Below are positions 1 through 10,590 of a DNA stretch of 44,691 nt, one piece after another. The DNA is from Chiloscyllium plagiosum. Lineage: Eukaryota. The stretch lies in the NCBI RefSeq assembly GCF_004010195.1, contig NC_057752.1:3397006-3441696 (forward strand), given 5' to 3'. Below the pieces are notes generated by a model that was given only the letters and a program-made list of their open reading frames with translations, was not told where the DNA came from and did not search any database. Both the position numbers and the translations under genes were made by a program. Every line of letters starts with the position of its first letter. Position 1 is the first letter of the stretch.

Positions 1-122
1 GCCCGATGTTCTGAACCGCTCCTCATGACAAGCCCTTCATCCCTGGATCATTCTTGTGAAACACCTCTGGACCCCCTCCAATGCTAGCACATCCTTCCTT
101 ACACATACAGCCCAAAACTGCC
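1..122 (-). mobile_element. CR1-clade LINE ORF2 C-terminal fragment (cut by window edge)
   Basis: Reverse complement reads QFWAVCVRKDVLALEGVQRCFTRM, matching the CR1 motif YCVQFWSP..KD...LERVQ.RFTRM seen in other copies. Confidence 0.75.
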
Positions 123-206
123 TGATCCCATGTCTTAAAAATACAAACTCAACCCCCTCTGCCCTTGCATAACCGGCCCAATTCTCCATTCTCCTTTTCA
201 TTGAGT

Positions 207-1135
207 GTCACAGAGTCATACAGCAGGGAAACAGACCCTTCGGCCCAACCAGTCCATAATCCCAAACTAACCTAGTCCCACCTGCCTGCTCCTGGCCCAC
301 ATCCCTCCAAACCTCTCCTCTTCATGCCCTTATCCAAATGTCTTTTAAATGTTGTAACTGTCCCCATATCCACCACTTCCTCAGGATGTTCATACCACAA
401 ACGAACCACTCTCTATGTAAAAAAATTTGCCTCTTATGTCTTTTTTAAATCTCTCTTTTCTCACCTTAAAAATGTGCCCCCTTGTCCTGAAATCCCCCAT
501 CCGAGGGAAAAGAAGTCTACCATTACCTCTATCTATACCCCTCATGATTTTATAAACCTCTATAAGGTCACCTCTCAACATCCTATGCTCCAGTGAAAGA
601 AGTCCCAGCCTATCCAGCCTCTCTTTATAACTCAAACCTTCCAGACCCAGCAACATCCTGGTAAATCTCTTCTGAACCCTCTCCAGCTGAATAATATCCT
701 TCCTGTAACTGGGTGACCAGAACTGGACACAGTATTCCAGAAGAGGCCTCACCAATGTCCTGTACAACCTCAACATGACTCATCAACTCCTGTACTCAAA
801 GGGCTGAGCAATGAAGGCAGGCGTGCCAAATGCCTTCAACAACCCTGTCTATGTGTGACGCAAACGTCAAAGAATTATGTACCTGCACCCCAAGGTCCCT
901 CTGTTCTTCAACACTACCCAAGGCCCAACCATTAATTGTATAAGCTCTGCCCTTGATATTGTCCCAAACTACAATACCTTACATTTCTCCAGATTGAATT
1001 CCATCTGCCATTTTTCAGGCCATTGACCCATTTGATCAAGATCCCTTTGTAATCTTAGAAAACCTTCTGCACTGCCAATTGTGCCACCAATTTTGATATC
1101 ATCTGCAAACTTACTAACCACGCCTTCTATATTCT
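207..1135 (-). mobile_element. CR1/HER1-type LINE, 5'-truncated 3' end
   Basis: ORF 390-776 LYRTLVRPLLEYCVQFWSPSYRKD...LRGDLIEVYKIMRG; 3'UTR tail (cagagtcatacagcagggaaacagacccttcgg) shared with other copies. Confidence 0.92.
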
Positions 1136-1424
1136 ACATCGAGGCAACATGAATGAGGGGTACAGCAGCAGAGGAGCTAAGACTGGGGTGAAATCAGTCA
1201 AAGGCGCAATTAGTGATTGCACATCTGGGAGGTCAGAGGTCCACCTTGTGTGTAAATGCAGCATCAAGACTGCAAACAGTCTGGTCTAATCCTCTGGCAG
1301 GAAGAGGAATGGAGTTAGTAACTAGGGAATGGGCCCATTGACAATGGCACTGGGTCCAATGATATGACTACTGGGCACAGTCAGAGTAAATAGCATAGAT
1401 TCTCTTGAAGGGACAAGGATGTGC

Positions 1425-1730
1425 GGGAAGGCAATAGCCCGGTGGCATTATCGCTGGACTGTTAATCCAGATAATCTTCCGGGTTCGAATCCTGCGGTGG
1501 CAGATGGTTGAGCTTGAATTCCATATGTTAAGAAAAAATTTGGACTTAAGAGTCTAATGGTGAGCCACAAATCTATTGTCGGGGGGAAAAAAACCCACCT
1601 GGTTCAGTCAGGCCCTTTCGGGAAGGAAACTGCCATCCTGGTCTGGCCTACATGTGACTACAGACCCACAGCAATGTGGGGGTGGGCCTAGCCAGCGGCA
1701 TCCCCCATCCTGTGAATGAATAAAAACAAA
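1425..1730 (+). mobile_element. tRNA-derived SINE with 3' tail shared with the Zenon-like LINE
   Basis: A-box-like head, anticodon-like arm ctgga-ctgttaa-tccag (1454-1470), B-box ggttcgaatcc (1482-1492), body ctggtctggcctacatgtgact, tail gaatgaataaaaa; paralogues at 3512, 16412/17091 and 29547. Confidence 0.85.
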
Positions 1731-3032
1731 TGATACAGTGAGAGGAACCAGGCCCAAGTGGGGTTTCGTCTGGAGTCTCACCACTCTCACAGACCAGTTG
1801 CAGGGTCTGTCTCCGTACTGTAAGTGCAACGTTATTCTGGTTTTGCTCAGTTGACACCAAACCCCATTCCACTGACATCCTTAAAGCCACAGACAGAGAG
1901 ACATCAGTCCAAGCTGGTGTTTGAATCCTGAATGAGGGGGAGTTCTGCAAAGCCAGTCTGGGGCTGGCTAGATCAGAGCGGCCAGACCACAGCACTGCAG
2001 TATTCAACAGGGTCCCCCTCGGCACAGGAGTTAGATGAGGGATCAATCTGTCATCCTGGCAGATGTGTGTTCAGGACGCAAGACGCCGAGAGACCGAGAC
2101 CTCACGGCTCCCTGCAGCAGCAAACAGAACGGCTTAAAGCCACGCGCGAGTGGAATTGTGTTCGAGATCAAAGTGATTACAGCTGGACATGTGCAAAGAG
2201 CAAGGAGCTCAAATTGTCAATTGACTGGGCTTTTTGAAGGCATAATTAGCAGGTCGAGAATCGCCCTCAAGACAACAGGCTCTGATCAGACACCTAACCT
2301 GCATGAGGCCGTCAAAGAATTTATCACTGTGTGCTGTACCTTATTTTCTTTTTTAAAACAACATCCGCAGAATAAGTCAAATGGGGAATTGCAGTATTAT
2401 TGAAGAAAAAGGTGCTTTGTTCATATTGATCTAGAAACATGACCTATTCCCACCCACCCCCATTTTAAGCCTGCCATCTGGAGTGCCGTCTCTGGTTCAA
2501 GGATTTGACAAGGCCCACCGCATTTCCTGTGCTAGATTCATGCATCAAACAATTTGCAGCAGTTCAGACTGCTCAAACTTGCTTCCATTTCACACCGGCT
2601 CTCAGCCGGAATTGGCGCCGGTCCCGTTGACTCAAAATGGTTGCCGCGGGCAAAAAAGAGTGAAAAACAAAAGAGGCGCAAGACTCTTTGGGCAAACTCA
2701 TCGATAGCCGTTCCCTGCAATACATCCAGTCCCCAGCTTGAGGCCCTGAGCACACTCCATTGACCTGTGGCAATGCACCATCAAACTTGCATCTGTCAGA
2801 AAGCCCATGCTAGAACTCTTTGAAAACAGGGGATGGCATCAGTGATTGAAACATTTACATGGGACAGAGCAGCACAGGAACAGGCCCTTTGGCCCACCGT
2901 CCTTGTGCCGACTATGATGCCATTCGAAACTTATCCCATATGCCTGCACGTGGTCCATATCCCTCTATTCCCTGCGTGTTTAGGTGTCTGTGGAAATGCT
3001 CCTTAAACATTGCCATCCTATCCACTTCTACC

Positions 3033-3260
3033 GGGAGAAAGTGAGGTCTGCAGATGCTGGAGATCAGAGCTGGAAATGTGTTGCTGGAAAAGCGCAGCAG
3101 GTCAGGCAGCATCCAGGGAACAGGAGAATCGACATTTCGGGCATAAGCCCTTCTTCAGGAATGTTTCCTGAAGAAGGGCTTATGCCCGAAACGTCGATTC
3201 TCCTGTTCCCTGGATGCTGCCTGACCTGCTGCGCTTTTCAAGCAACACATTTCCAGCTCT
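3033..3260. mobile_element. Palindromic Penelope-like terminal element with hammerhead motif
   Basis: 96-bp inverted arms 3066-3161 and 3165-3260 (2 mismatches, 3-nt loop); CTGAAGA-a-GGGC-ttat-GCCC-GAAACGTC at 3168-3195; 13-bp flanking duplication at 3020-3032 and 3261-3273. Confidence 0.8.
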
Positions 3261-3371
3261 ATTCACTTCTACCACCTCTCCAGTGTGTTCTCGGCCCCAA
3301 CCCCACTCTGTATATAAAAAAAATTGCCTTGCACATCTCCTTTGAACACTGCCTCTCTCACTTTAAACCCC

Positions 3372-4217
3372 CGTGTCTCAGGAAGGACGTGTAGGCCCTG
3401 GAGCGGGTTCAGAGGAGGGTCACAAGAATGGTACCGGGAATGAAAAGTTTAACACATGAGCAACTGTTGAGGAGTTTAGAAGGATGAGGGAGGATCCATT
3501 TGAAACAATCAGGGAGAGGTAATGGCTTAGTGGTATTATCACTGGACTATTAACCCAGAGACCCAGCTAATGTTCTGGGGACCTGGTTTGAATCCCACCA
3601 TGATAGATGGTGGAATTTGAATTCAACAAAAATCTGGAATTAAGAGACTAACGATGACCATGAATTGACCGTCAGGAAAAAACCTATCCGGGTCACTAAT
3701 GTCCTCCAGGGAAGGAAGTTGCCATCCTTAGCTGGTCTGGCCTACATGTGACTCCAGACCCACAGCAATGGGATTGACTCTGAACTGCCCTCTGGGCAAT
3801 TAGGGATGGGTGATAAATGCTGGCCTAGCCAGTGACACCCTCATCCCATGAATGAATTTTAAAAAATATACAGAATACTGAATGGCCTGGGAAGATGTTT
3901 CCATTGGTGGGAGAGACTAGGACCCGAAGGCACAGCCTCAGAGTAAAGGGAAGACCTTTTGGAACGGAGATAAGGAGAAACTTCTTCAGCCAGAGAGTGG
4001 GGAATCTGGGGAATTCATTACCACAGAAGGCTGGGGAGGCCAGGTCATTGGGTATATTTAAGACTGAGATAGGGAGGTTCTTGAGTGTCAAGGGGGTCAA
4101 GGGTCACAGGGAGAAAGTAGGAGAATGGGGTTGAAAAACTTATCAGCCATGATTGAATGGCAGGGCAGATTCGATGGGCTGAATGGCCTAATTTCTGCTG
4201 CTATGTCTTATGGTCGA
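3372..4217 (+). mobile_element. CR1 LINE 3' end interrupted by a SINE at 3512-3866
   Basis: aggaaggacgtg...ctggagcgggttcagaggagg; ORF 3895-4134 MFPLVGETRTRRHSLRVKG..RRNFFSQRV; tail gggctgaatggcctaatttctgct. Confidence 0.88.
3512..3866 (+). mobile_element. tRNA-derived SINE (same family as 1425-1730), near full length
   Basis: gggagaggtaatggcttagtggtattatcactggactattaacccag...tgggcaattagggatggg...cccatgaatgaattttaaaaaa. Confidence 0.9.
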
Positions 4218-4269
4218 TGTCCCCTAGTATTTGAGTTTTACCACCTTGGGAAAAAGAAGTCGTTGTACC

Positions 4270-4926
4270 GCAAAGGTGACAAAGAAGGTCAATAGAGTGG
4301 TCAAGAAGGCATATGGCATGCTTTCCTTCATCAGACGAGGTATTGAGTACAAGAGTTGGTAAGTCATGTTACAGTTGTATAGGACTTTGGTTCAGCTACA
4401 TTTGGAGTACTGCGCGCAGTTCTGGTCGCCACACTACCAAAAGGATGTGGATGCTTTGGAGAGGGTGCAGAGGAGGTTCACCAGAATGTTGCCTGGTATG
4501 GATGTAGTAGATTAGGATTATTTTCATCAGAAAGCCAGAGGTTGAGGGGGGACCTGATTGAAGTCTACAAAATCATGAGAGATATAGACAGGGTGGATAG
4601 CAAGAAGCTTTTTCCCCAGAGTGGACGAGTCAATTACTAGGGGTCATGAGTTCAAGGTGAGAGGGGAAGAGTTTAAGGGGGATATGCGTGGAAAGTTCTT
4701 TACGCAGAGGGTGGTGGGTACCTGGAACACGATGCCAGCAGAGGTGGTAGAGGCAGGCACAATAGTGTCATTTAAGATGTATCTAGACAGATACATGAAT
4801 GGGCAGGGAGCATAGGGATACAGATCCTGAGAAAATAGGCGACAGGTTTAGATAGAGTAAATGGATCAGCGCAGGCTTGGAGGGCCGAAGGGCCTGTTCC
4901 TGTGCTGTAGGGTTCTTTGTTCTTTG
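4270..4926 (+). mobile_element. CR1 LINE 3' end
   Basis: gtcaagaaggcatatggcatg...gagtactgcgcgcagttctggtcgcc; ORF 4621-4815 TRGHEFKVRG..RGKFFTQRVV; short ttctttg tail repeats. Confidence 0.9.
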
Positions 4927-5704
4927 TCTCAGTCTATGCACCCTATCCATGTCACTCTTGATTTTACACACTTCTATCAGGTCACCCCTCAGTCTCTGAC
5001 ACTCACGCAAAAACAATTCAAGTTGAAACAGATGAGTCCTGTGGAATAGAACACGTTGCAAGCGTTTGTTGGTCTGCCAGCATCTCGAACTGAATTTAGT
5101 TGCAATGTGAAGATTTCCAACACTGACTCCTTCAAGCACTGCCCATTTAATGCGGTCAATTTCAACTCCTCCAGTTTCTTTGCTTAACGTTGACAAACAC
5201 TGTGGAATTTGCCAGGCCCACATCGTAACCTTAGAATGGCACCTCAAAGCCACTGCCAATCTGGATCGGTCCAGAAGGTGACGTAGATTGGTCGCCTTTC
5301 AGAACGTCTGCACCGAAATCAAGTCAAGGTCACAGAGGTGAGAGGAATTGTTGTTAAAAATCTTCCTCTCGGGGAAATAGAAGAATGAGGAAAGTATTGT
5401 CATCTCAAGCAGCTTATTTCATCACCGAGATCCTTCAGACTTTCAACTGTCAACACTGATGAGGCTTGGTGAGTTCATTTGGCTACCTGGATAAAGCAGG
5501 GCACAGAATAATGTCAGCGGTATTACTAATGACCAACTGAGGTGGTTCTCAAGGCTGTTAGAATCCCAGCTGATGGCCCATCCAATCAAGTCACCTTCCA
5601 GAGAGCAACCTGGGATTGCACTTCCATTTTAGTTCATGCCGTGGTCAAACCGATTCACACAAGGCTTTCCAAACTGTCACTGTTTCACAAGGACGCTAGC
5701 CTTA

Positions 5705-5965
5705 CATAGAAACATAGAAGGTAGGAGCAGGAGGAGGCCATTCGGCCCTTCGAGCCTGCTCCGCCATTCCTAACCATCGTGGCTGATCGTCCAACTCAGT
5801 CACCTAATCCTCCGTTCTCCCCATAACCTTTGATCCCCAAGTGCTATATCCAGCCGCCTCTTGAACACACTCAATGGTTTGGCATCAACTACTTCCTGTG
5901 ATAAGGAATTCCACAGGCTCTTTGGGTGAAGAAATGTCTCCTCATCTCTGTTCTAAATGGTCCAC
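5705..5965 (-). mobile_element. CR1 LINE 3' end fragment
   Basis: catagaaacatagaaggtaggagcaggaggaggccattcggcccttcgagcc tail; minus frame FRTEMRRHFFTQR. Confidence 0.85.
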
Positions 5966-5989
5966 CCCAAATCCTCGGACGTAGAAAAG

Positions 5990-6520
5990 GTGTGTACTGT
6001 CTACAGGATGCACTGCTGAAATTCACTCCACTTGCCTGGATGGGGGCAGCTCCAACAAAACTCAAGAAGCTTGACATCATCCAGGATAAAGCAACACACT
6101 TGATTGACACCACATCCACAAGCATCCACCCCCTCCATCACCGACGCTCAGTAGCAGCAGTGTGTACTAACTACAAGATGCACTGCAGAAATTCACCAAA
6201 AATCCTCAGACAGCACCTTCCAAACCCACGACCACTTCCATCTAGAAGGACAGCAGATACTTGGGAACACCACCCCCTGCAAGTTCCCCTCCAAGCCACT
6301 CACCATCCTGACTTAGAAATCTATCGCCGTTCCCTCAGTGTCACTGGGTTAAAATCCTGGAATTCCCTCCCTAAGGGCATTGTGGGTCAACCCACAGCAC
6401 ACAGACTGCAGCGGTTCAAGAAGGCAGCTCACCCCCACCTGCTCAAGGTGCAACTAGGGACGGGGCAATAAATACTGGCCCAGCCAGTGACATCCAGGTC
6501 CCACAAAAGAATTTAAAATA
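5990..6520 (+). mobile_element. CR1-group (Zenon-like) LINE 3' end
   Basis: Translation PLAWMGAAPTKLKKLDIIQDKA..LHHRRSVAAVCT.YKMHC; tail ggcaataaatactggcccagccagtgac shared with the tRNA SINE. Confidence 0.85.
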
Positions 6521-6818
6521 GAAGCCACATTCATTTCATTGGTCACATTCACTGTCCAAAAGGAATACAGGGATATTACTATGTGTATAAATGATACATC
6601 TTTCATCACAGAGCCTACACCTCACATTGTCCTGTATATCACAGCACAAATCGCAGTCCTTATACAGCGACAATACTGTGTAGAAAGAGAATGCTCTGCA
6701 CCGTCCTTCAGATCCAGATATCAATTCCCGAATGCATTAGCACTAAATAACAAAACCAACATCCACTGGCATTGAATTAAAATGCCCTTAAAAAGCCAGA
6801 AGTATGGACCTTGTACAC

Positions 6819-7760
6819 TGTGTGTCAGTGTGTGTGTGTGTGTGTGTCTGCGTGTACGTGTATCAGTATGTATGTCTGTCTGTGTGTATATGTGTGTGTA
6901 TGTATGTTGGTGTGTGTGTGTGTCTGTATGTGCGTGCATGTGTGTGTGAGAGAGAGTGTGTGTGTGTGGGTGGGTGTATGGGTATGTGTGTGCGTAGATG
7001 TGGGCATGTGTGTGTGGGGGTGCACATGCATGTGTGTGTGTGTGGGTGTATGTGTAGGTGGGTGTAGGTGTGGATGTGTGTGTGTGTATGTCTGCGTGTG
7101 CATCTGTGTCTGTGTGTGTGTACGTGTGTCTGTANNNNNNNNNNNNNNNNNNNNNNNNNNNNNNNNNNNNNNNNNNNNNNNNNNNNNNNNNNNNNNNNNN
7201 NNNNNNNNNNNNNNNNNNNNNNNNNTGTGAGAGTGTGTGTCTGTGTGAGTGTGAGTGTGTGTGGGGGGGGTGTCTGTGTGTGAGAGTGTGTGTCTGTGTG
7301 TGTGTGAGTGTGTGTGTGAGAGTGTGTGTCTGTGTGTGAGAGTGTGTGTCTGTGTGTGTGTCTGTGTGTGTGTGAGTGTGTGTGTGAGAGTGTGTGTCTG
7401 TGTGTGAGAGTGTGTGTCTGTGTGTGTGTCTGTGTGTGTGTGAGTGTGTGTGTGAGAGTGTGTGTCTGTGTGTGAGAGTGTGTGTCTGTGTGTGTGTCTG
7501 TGTGTGTGTGAGTGTGTGTGTGAGAGTGTGTGTCTGTGTGTGAGAGTGTGTGTCTGTGTGTGTGTCTGTGTGTGTGTGAGTGTGTGTGTGAGAGTGTGTG
7601 TCTGTGTGTGAGAGTGTGTGTCTGTGTGTGTGTCTGTGTGTGTGTGAGTGTGTGTGTGAGAGTGTGTGTCTGTGTGTGAGAGTGTGTGTCTGTGTGTGTG
7701 TCTGTGTGTGTGTGAGTGTGTGTGTGAGAGTGTGTGTGAGAGTGTGTGTCTGTGTGTGTG
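6819..7760. repeat. (TG)n-rich compound microsatellite spanning an assembly gap (N 7135-7225); about 68-bp higher-order unit right of the gap
   Basis: Direct inspection; unit gagagtgtgtgtctgtgtgt-gagagtgtgtgtctgtgtgtgtgtctgtgtgtgtgt-gagtgtgtgtgt repeated about 6 times (7318-7735). Confidence 0.97.
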
Positions 7761-8049
7761 GGCTAGGGTGGGAGGTGGTACCTCCCTCTAATACTGTTTC
7801 TCTCTGCCTCCCCAACTGTGCTGTCACATTGTTTAGTCTTTTCTGACCCTGCTTGCACATCTCGAAGATGCAGCACTTTTCTGCTCTGGCCTCTCAAGCG
7901 TAACACTGCACATGTACTTCAAACCCTCCTGATATGCTTTTGCTTGAAAATTTCAACAAGAAATCATACAGCCCATTTGTGAGATGTCAGCGATCGTCTT
8001 AACTCTGTGACTCGCTACTGTTAGGCTTTGCCTTGATAGCACCTTCTCT

Positions 8050-8362
8050 CACGGTGGCGCAGTGGTTAGCCCTGCTGCCTCACAGCGCCAGGGACTTGGG
8101 TTCGATACTTGCTTCGGGTGACTGTCTGTGTGGTGTTTGCACATTCTCCCTGTGTCTGTGTGGGTTTCCTCCCACAGTCCAAAGATGTGCAGGTTTGGTG
8201 GATTAGCCATGGAGAAATTTCCCCACCATGTGTAGGTGAGGATGGATTAGCCATGTGGGATGCAGGGTTACAGGGAAGGGGGTGGTGATTGCCTGGATAG
8301 GATGCTCTCCAGAGGCTCGGTGTGGACTCGATGGGCTAAATAGCCTACTATAGGGATTCTAA
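8050..8362 (+). mobile_element. HE1-type V-SINE
   Basis: cacggtggcgcagtggttagc head, V-domain tttgcacattctccctgtgtctgtgtgggtttcctcccacagtccaaagatgtgcagg, CR1-like tail ending tagggattcta. Confidence 0.9.
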
Positions 8363-8434
8363 CTAGGTCCAAATCCCTACAAAAAAATGAAGTATGGACC
8401 TTGTGCACACGATGCCTGATCTAGATTCCTGACT

Positions 8435-8510
8435 CAAGAGGCAGTCTTAAGAGCAGCTAGAGACGAGCAATAAATGCCAGCCCAGTCAGCGACGTGAATG
8501 AATTTTTTTA
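8435..8510 (+). mobile_element. Zenon-like LINE/SINE 3' tail fragment
   Basis: gcaataaatgccagcccagtcagcgacgtgaatgaatttttt. Confidence 0.6.
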
Positions 8511-8777
8511 AGACATTGCCCAGGGGCCAAACACAATATCCTGGTAATGGCGGTTTGATCACTGGAAATGACACCAGCCTCCTCGGGTTCTCAGTCATCA
8601 AACAGGAGAGAAATAAACATCCTATCCGACTGCAAAAACACAGGCGGCAAGCCACACACATCAGGCAGCTGGTCGTGAAAAATAATTAAAGCGGACAGCA
8701 GAAAGTCAATACAACAGAAGGCTAACAGACCTGCTCCAAAACAAATATAATAAACGGCAGCACACTTCTCTACCTGC

Positions 8778-8872
8778 GCTACAGCGGTAGTGTCCTTGTC
8801 TCTGAGCCAGGACATCCGGGTTCAAGCCCCACCAACTCCAAGGGTGCATCATAATGTCTCTGATCAAGTAGA
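8778..8872 (+). mobile_element. Short (about 100 bp) tRNA-derived SINE-like element
   Basis: gcggtagtgtccttgtctctgagccaggacatccgggttcaagccccacc with B-box-like ggttcaagccc; related minus-strand copies near 16322-16411 and 35032-35125. Confidence 0.6.
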
Positions 8873-9420
8873 ATAAGACTATTAATGTCTCCGTTTCTTG
8901 AGCCAAGAGATGGAGCAACAGCGTTCCCCGACTCTAACTCAAGGTTTCGACTCACTCGCAGCATTGAATGCAGAAAAGGAGGGAGGATTTCTGAAGATTG
9001 GGGAAGCCCCTCACTGATTCTCTCTCGTATATGGAGGAACCTTGCTCTGGTTAAGATGGCTAGGCCCTGGGCGCCCCCCTGCAATGAGCACTGCCTGCAC
9101 ATTTTCTCCCATAAGGCATTGCGCCAGTAGTGGGCCAATCAGCCCACTGAGTCTGCTCCGCCATTCGAAGAGATCATCCTCGACCCCCACGTTCCCGCTT
9201 TTTCCCCTGTGATGTCCGATTCCCTTACTGATTAAAAATCTGTCTCAGCCTTGAATATGATCCATCCTCGAGAGCTGTCAGGAGGAAGAATTCCACAACG
9301 TCACTCCCCTCTGAGAGAAGACATTCCTCCTCATCTCTGTCTTCAGTGTGTGAGCCCTTATTCTGAGGTGATACCCTCTGCTCCTAGACTCTCCCACAAA
9401 GATAAACAACCTCTCCAAAT

Positions 9421-9865
9421 TTTCAATTTGATTTATTATTGTCACATGTACCGAGGTACAGTGAAACATTTTGTTTGTGTGCAGTACAGGGGCAGATCAT
9501 ACCATGCAAAAATAGAATGGAACTCCTACAGTGTGGAAACAGGCCTTTCAGCCCAACAGGTCCACACCGACCCTCCGAAGAGTAACCCACCCAGACCCAT
9601 TCCCCTACCCTACATTTACCCCTGACTAATACACCAAACCTACATATCCCTGAACACAAATGAACAATTTAGCATGGCCAAATCACCCTAACCTGGACAT
9701 CTTTGGAAGCAAACCCATGCAGACATGGGGCTGGGGGGAAGGGGGGGGGAGGTGGGAATGTGCAAACCCCTCACAGACAGTTGCCCGAGGCTGGAATCGA
9801 ATCTGGGTCCCTGGTGCTGCAAGGCACCGCTGTGACACCACAAAGTGCATCAGGGTAAAAGGGCA
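9421..9865 (-). mobile_element. Rex1/Babar LINE 3' tail (9421-9512 and 9840-9865) interrupted by an HE1 SINE
   Basis: tttgatttattattgtcacatgtaccgaggtacagtgaaa is the reverse complement of the tail ending the Rex1 copies near 15360, 24310 and 28380. Confidence 0.65.
9513..9838 (-). mobile_element. HE1-type V-SINE (internally degraded)
   Basis: ctacagtgtggaaacaggcctttcagcccaacaggtccacaccgaccctccgaagag tail; cgaggctggaatcgaatctgggtccctggtgctg head. Confidence 0.85.
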
Positions 9866-10257
9866 TAAATGCATCTACCCTGTCAAGCCCTAAGAATCTT
9901 TTATGCTTCAATAAGGTCATCTCTCACTCTTCTAAACTCCAATGAGGACAGGCCCAACCCACTCAACCTCTCCTCAGAAGACAGTCCCTCCATACCTGGG
10001 GATCAACGTTGTGACTATTGTCTCCACTGCATCCAATATCAACACAACTTTCCTCAAATAACGGGCCCAAAACTGGACACAGTATTCTACGTGTGATCTA
10101 ATTTACTGCCCTGTATTGTTTGAATTCCAAATTGCATACCTTATTTTGCTTGGAAAAAACAGCCATTTACCTGCCCTACACCCACTGAAAATGGACATTA
10201 GCTTTTTGCAATGGAGACATGAGAACTCCTACGTCCCTCTGTGTTGCAGATTTTCAT

Positions 10258-10590
10258 CAACAGTGTGGAAACTGGCCCTTCAGCCCAACCAGTCCACACC
10301 AACCCTCCGCAGAGTAACCCACCCTGACTTATTCCCCTAGCCTATATTTATCTTAGACTAATGCACCCAACCTACATATCCCTGAACACCATGGGTAATT
10401 CAGCATGGCCAATTTACCCTAACCTGTACAACTTTGGATTGTGGGAGAAAACTAGAGCACCTGGAGGAAACCCACGCAGCCACGGGGAGAACGTGCAAAC
10501 TCCACACAAACAGTTGCCCAAGGCTGGAATTGAACCCAGGTCCCTGGCATTGTGAGACAGCAGTGCTAACCACTGAGCCAACTTGCCACC
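10258..10590 (-). mobile_element. HE1-type V-SINE
   Basis: Full V-domain on minus strand (ggaggaaacccacgcagccacggggagaacgtgcaaactccacac) and tRNA head. Confidence 0.92.

Larger units (their letters stand above)
2850..5003 (-). mobile_element. Old CR1 3' end split into four pieces (about 2850-3032, 3261-3370, 4218-4258, 4927-5003) by nested insertions
   Basis: The pieces join collinearly into a CR1 3' region (ctttaaaccc|atgtcccctag...gggaaaaaga|...ccctatccatg...aggtcacccctcag). Confidence 0.7.

Noticed and set aside
1425..1500. tRNA-like heads (here and in all HE1 copies) as true tRNA genes
   Set aside because: No complete acceptor stem; each continues into a SINE body and LINE-type tail.
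6721..7860. 379-aa His/Thr-rich ORF and overlapping Val/Cys-rich ORFs
   Set aside because: Translation of a TG/CA microsatellite across an N gap; not a gene.
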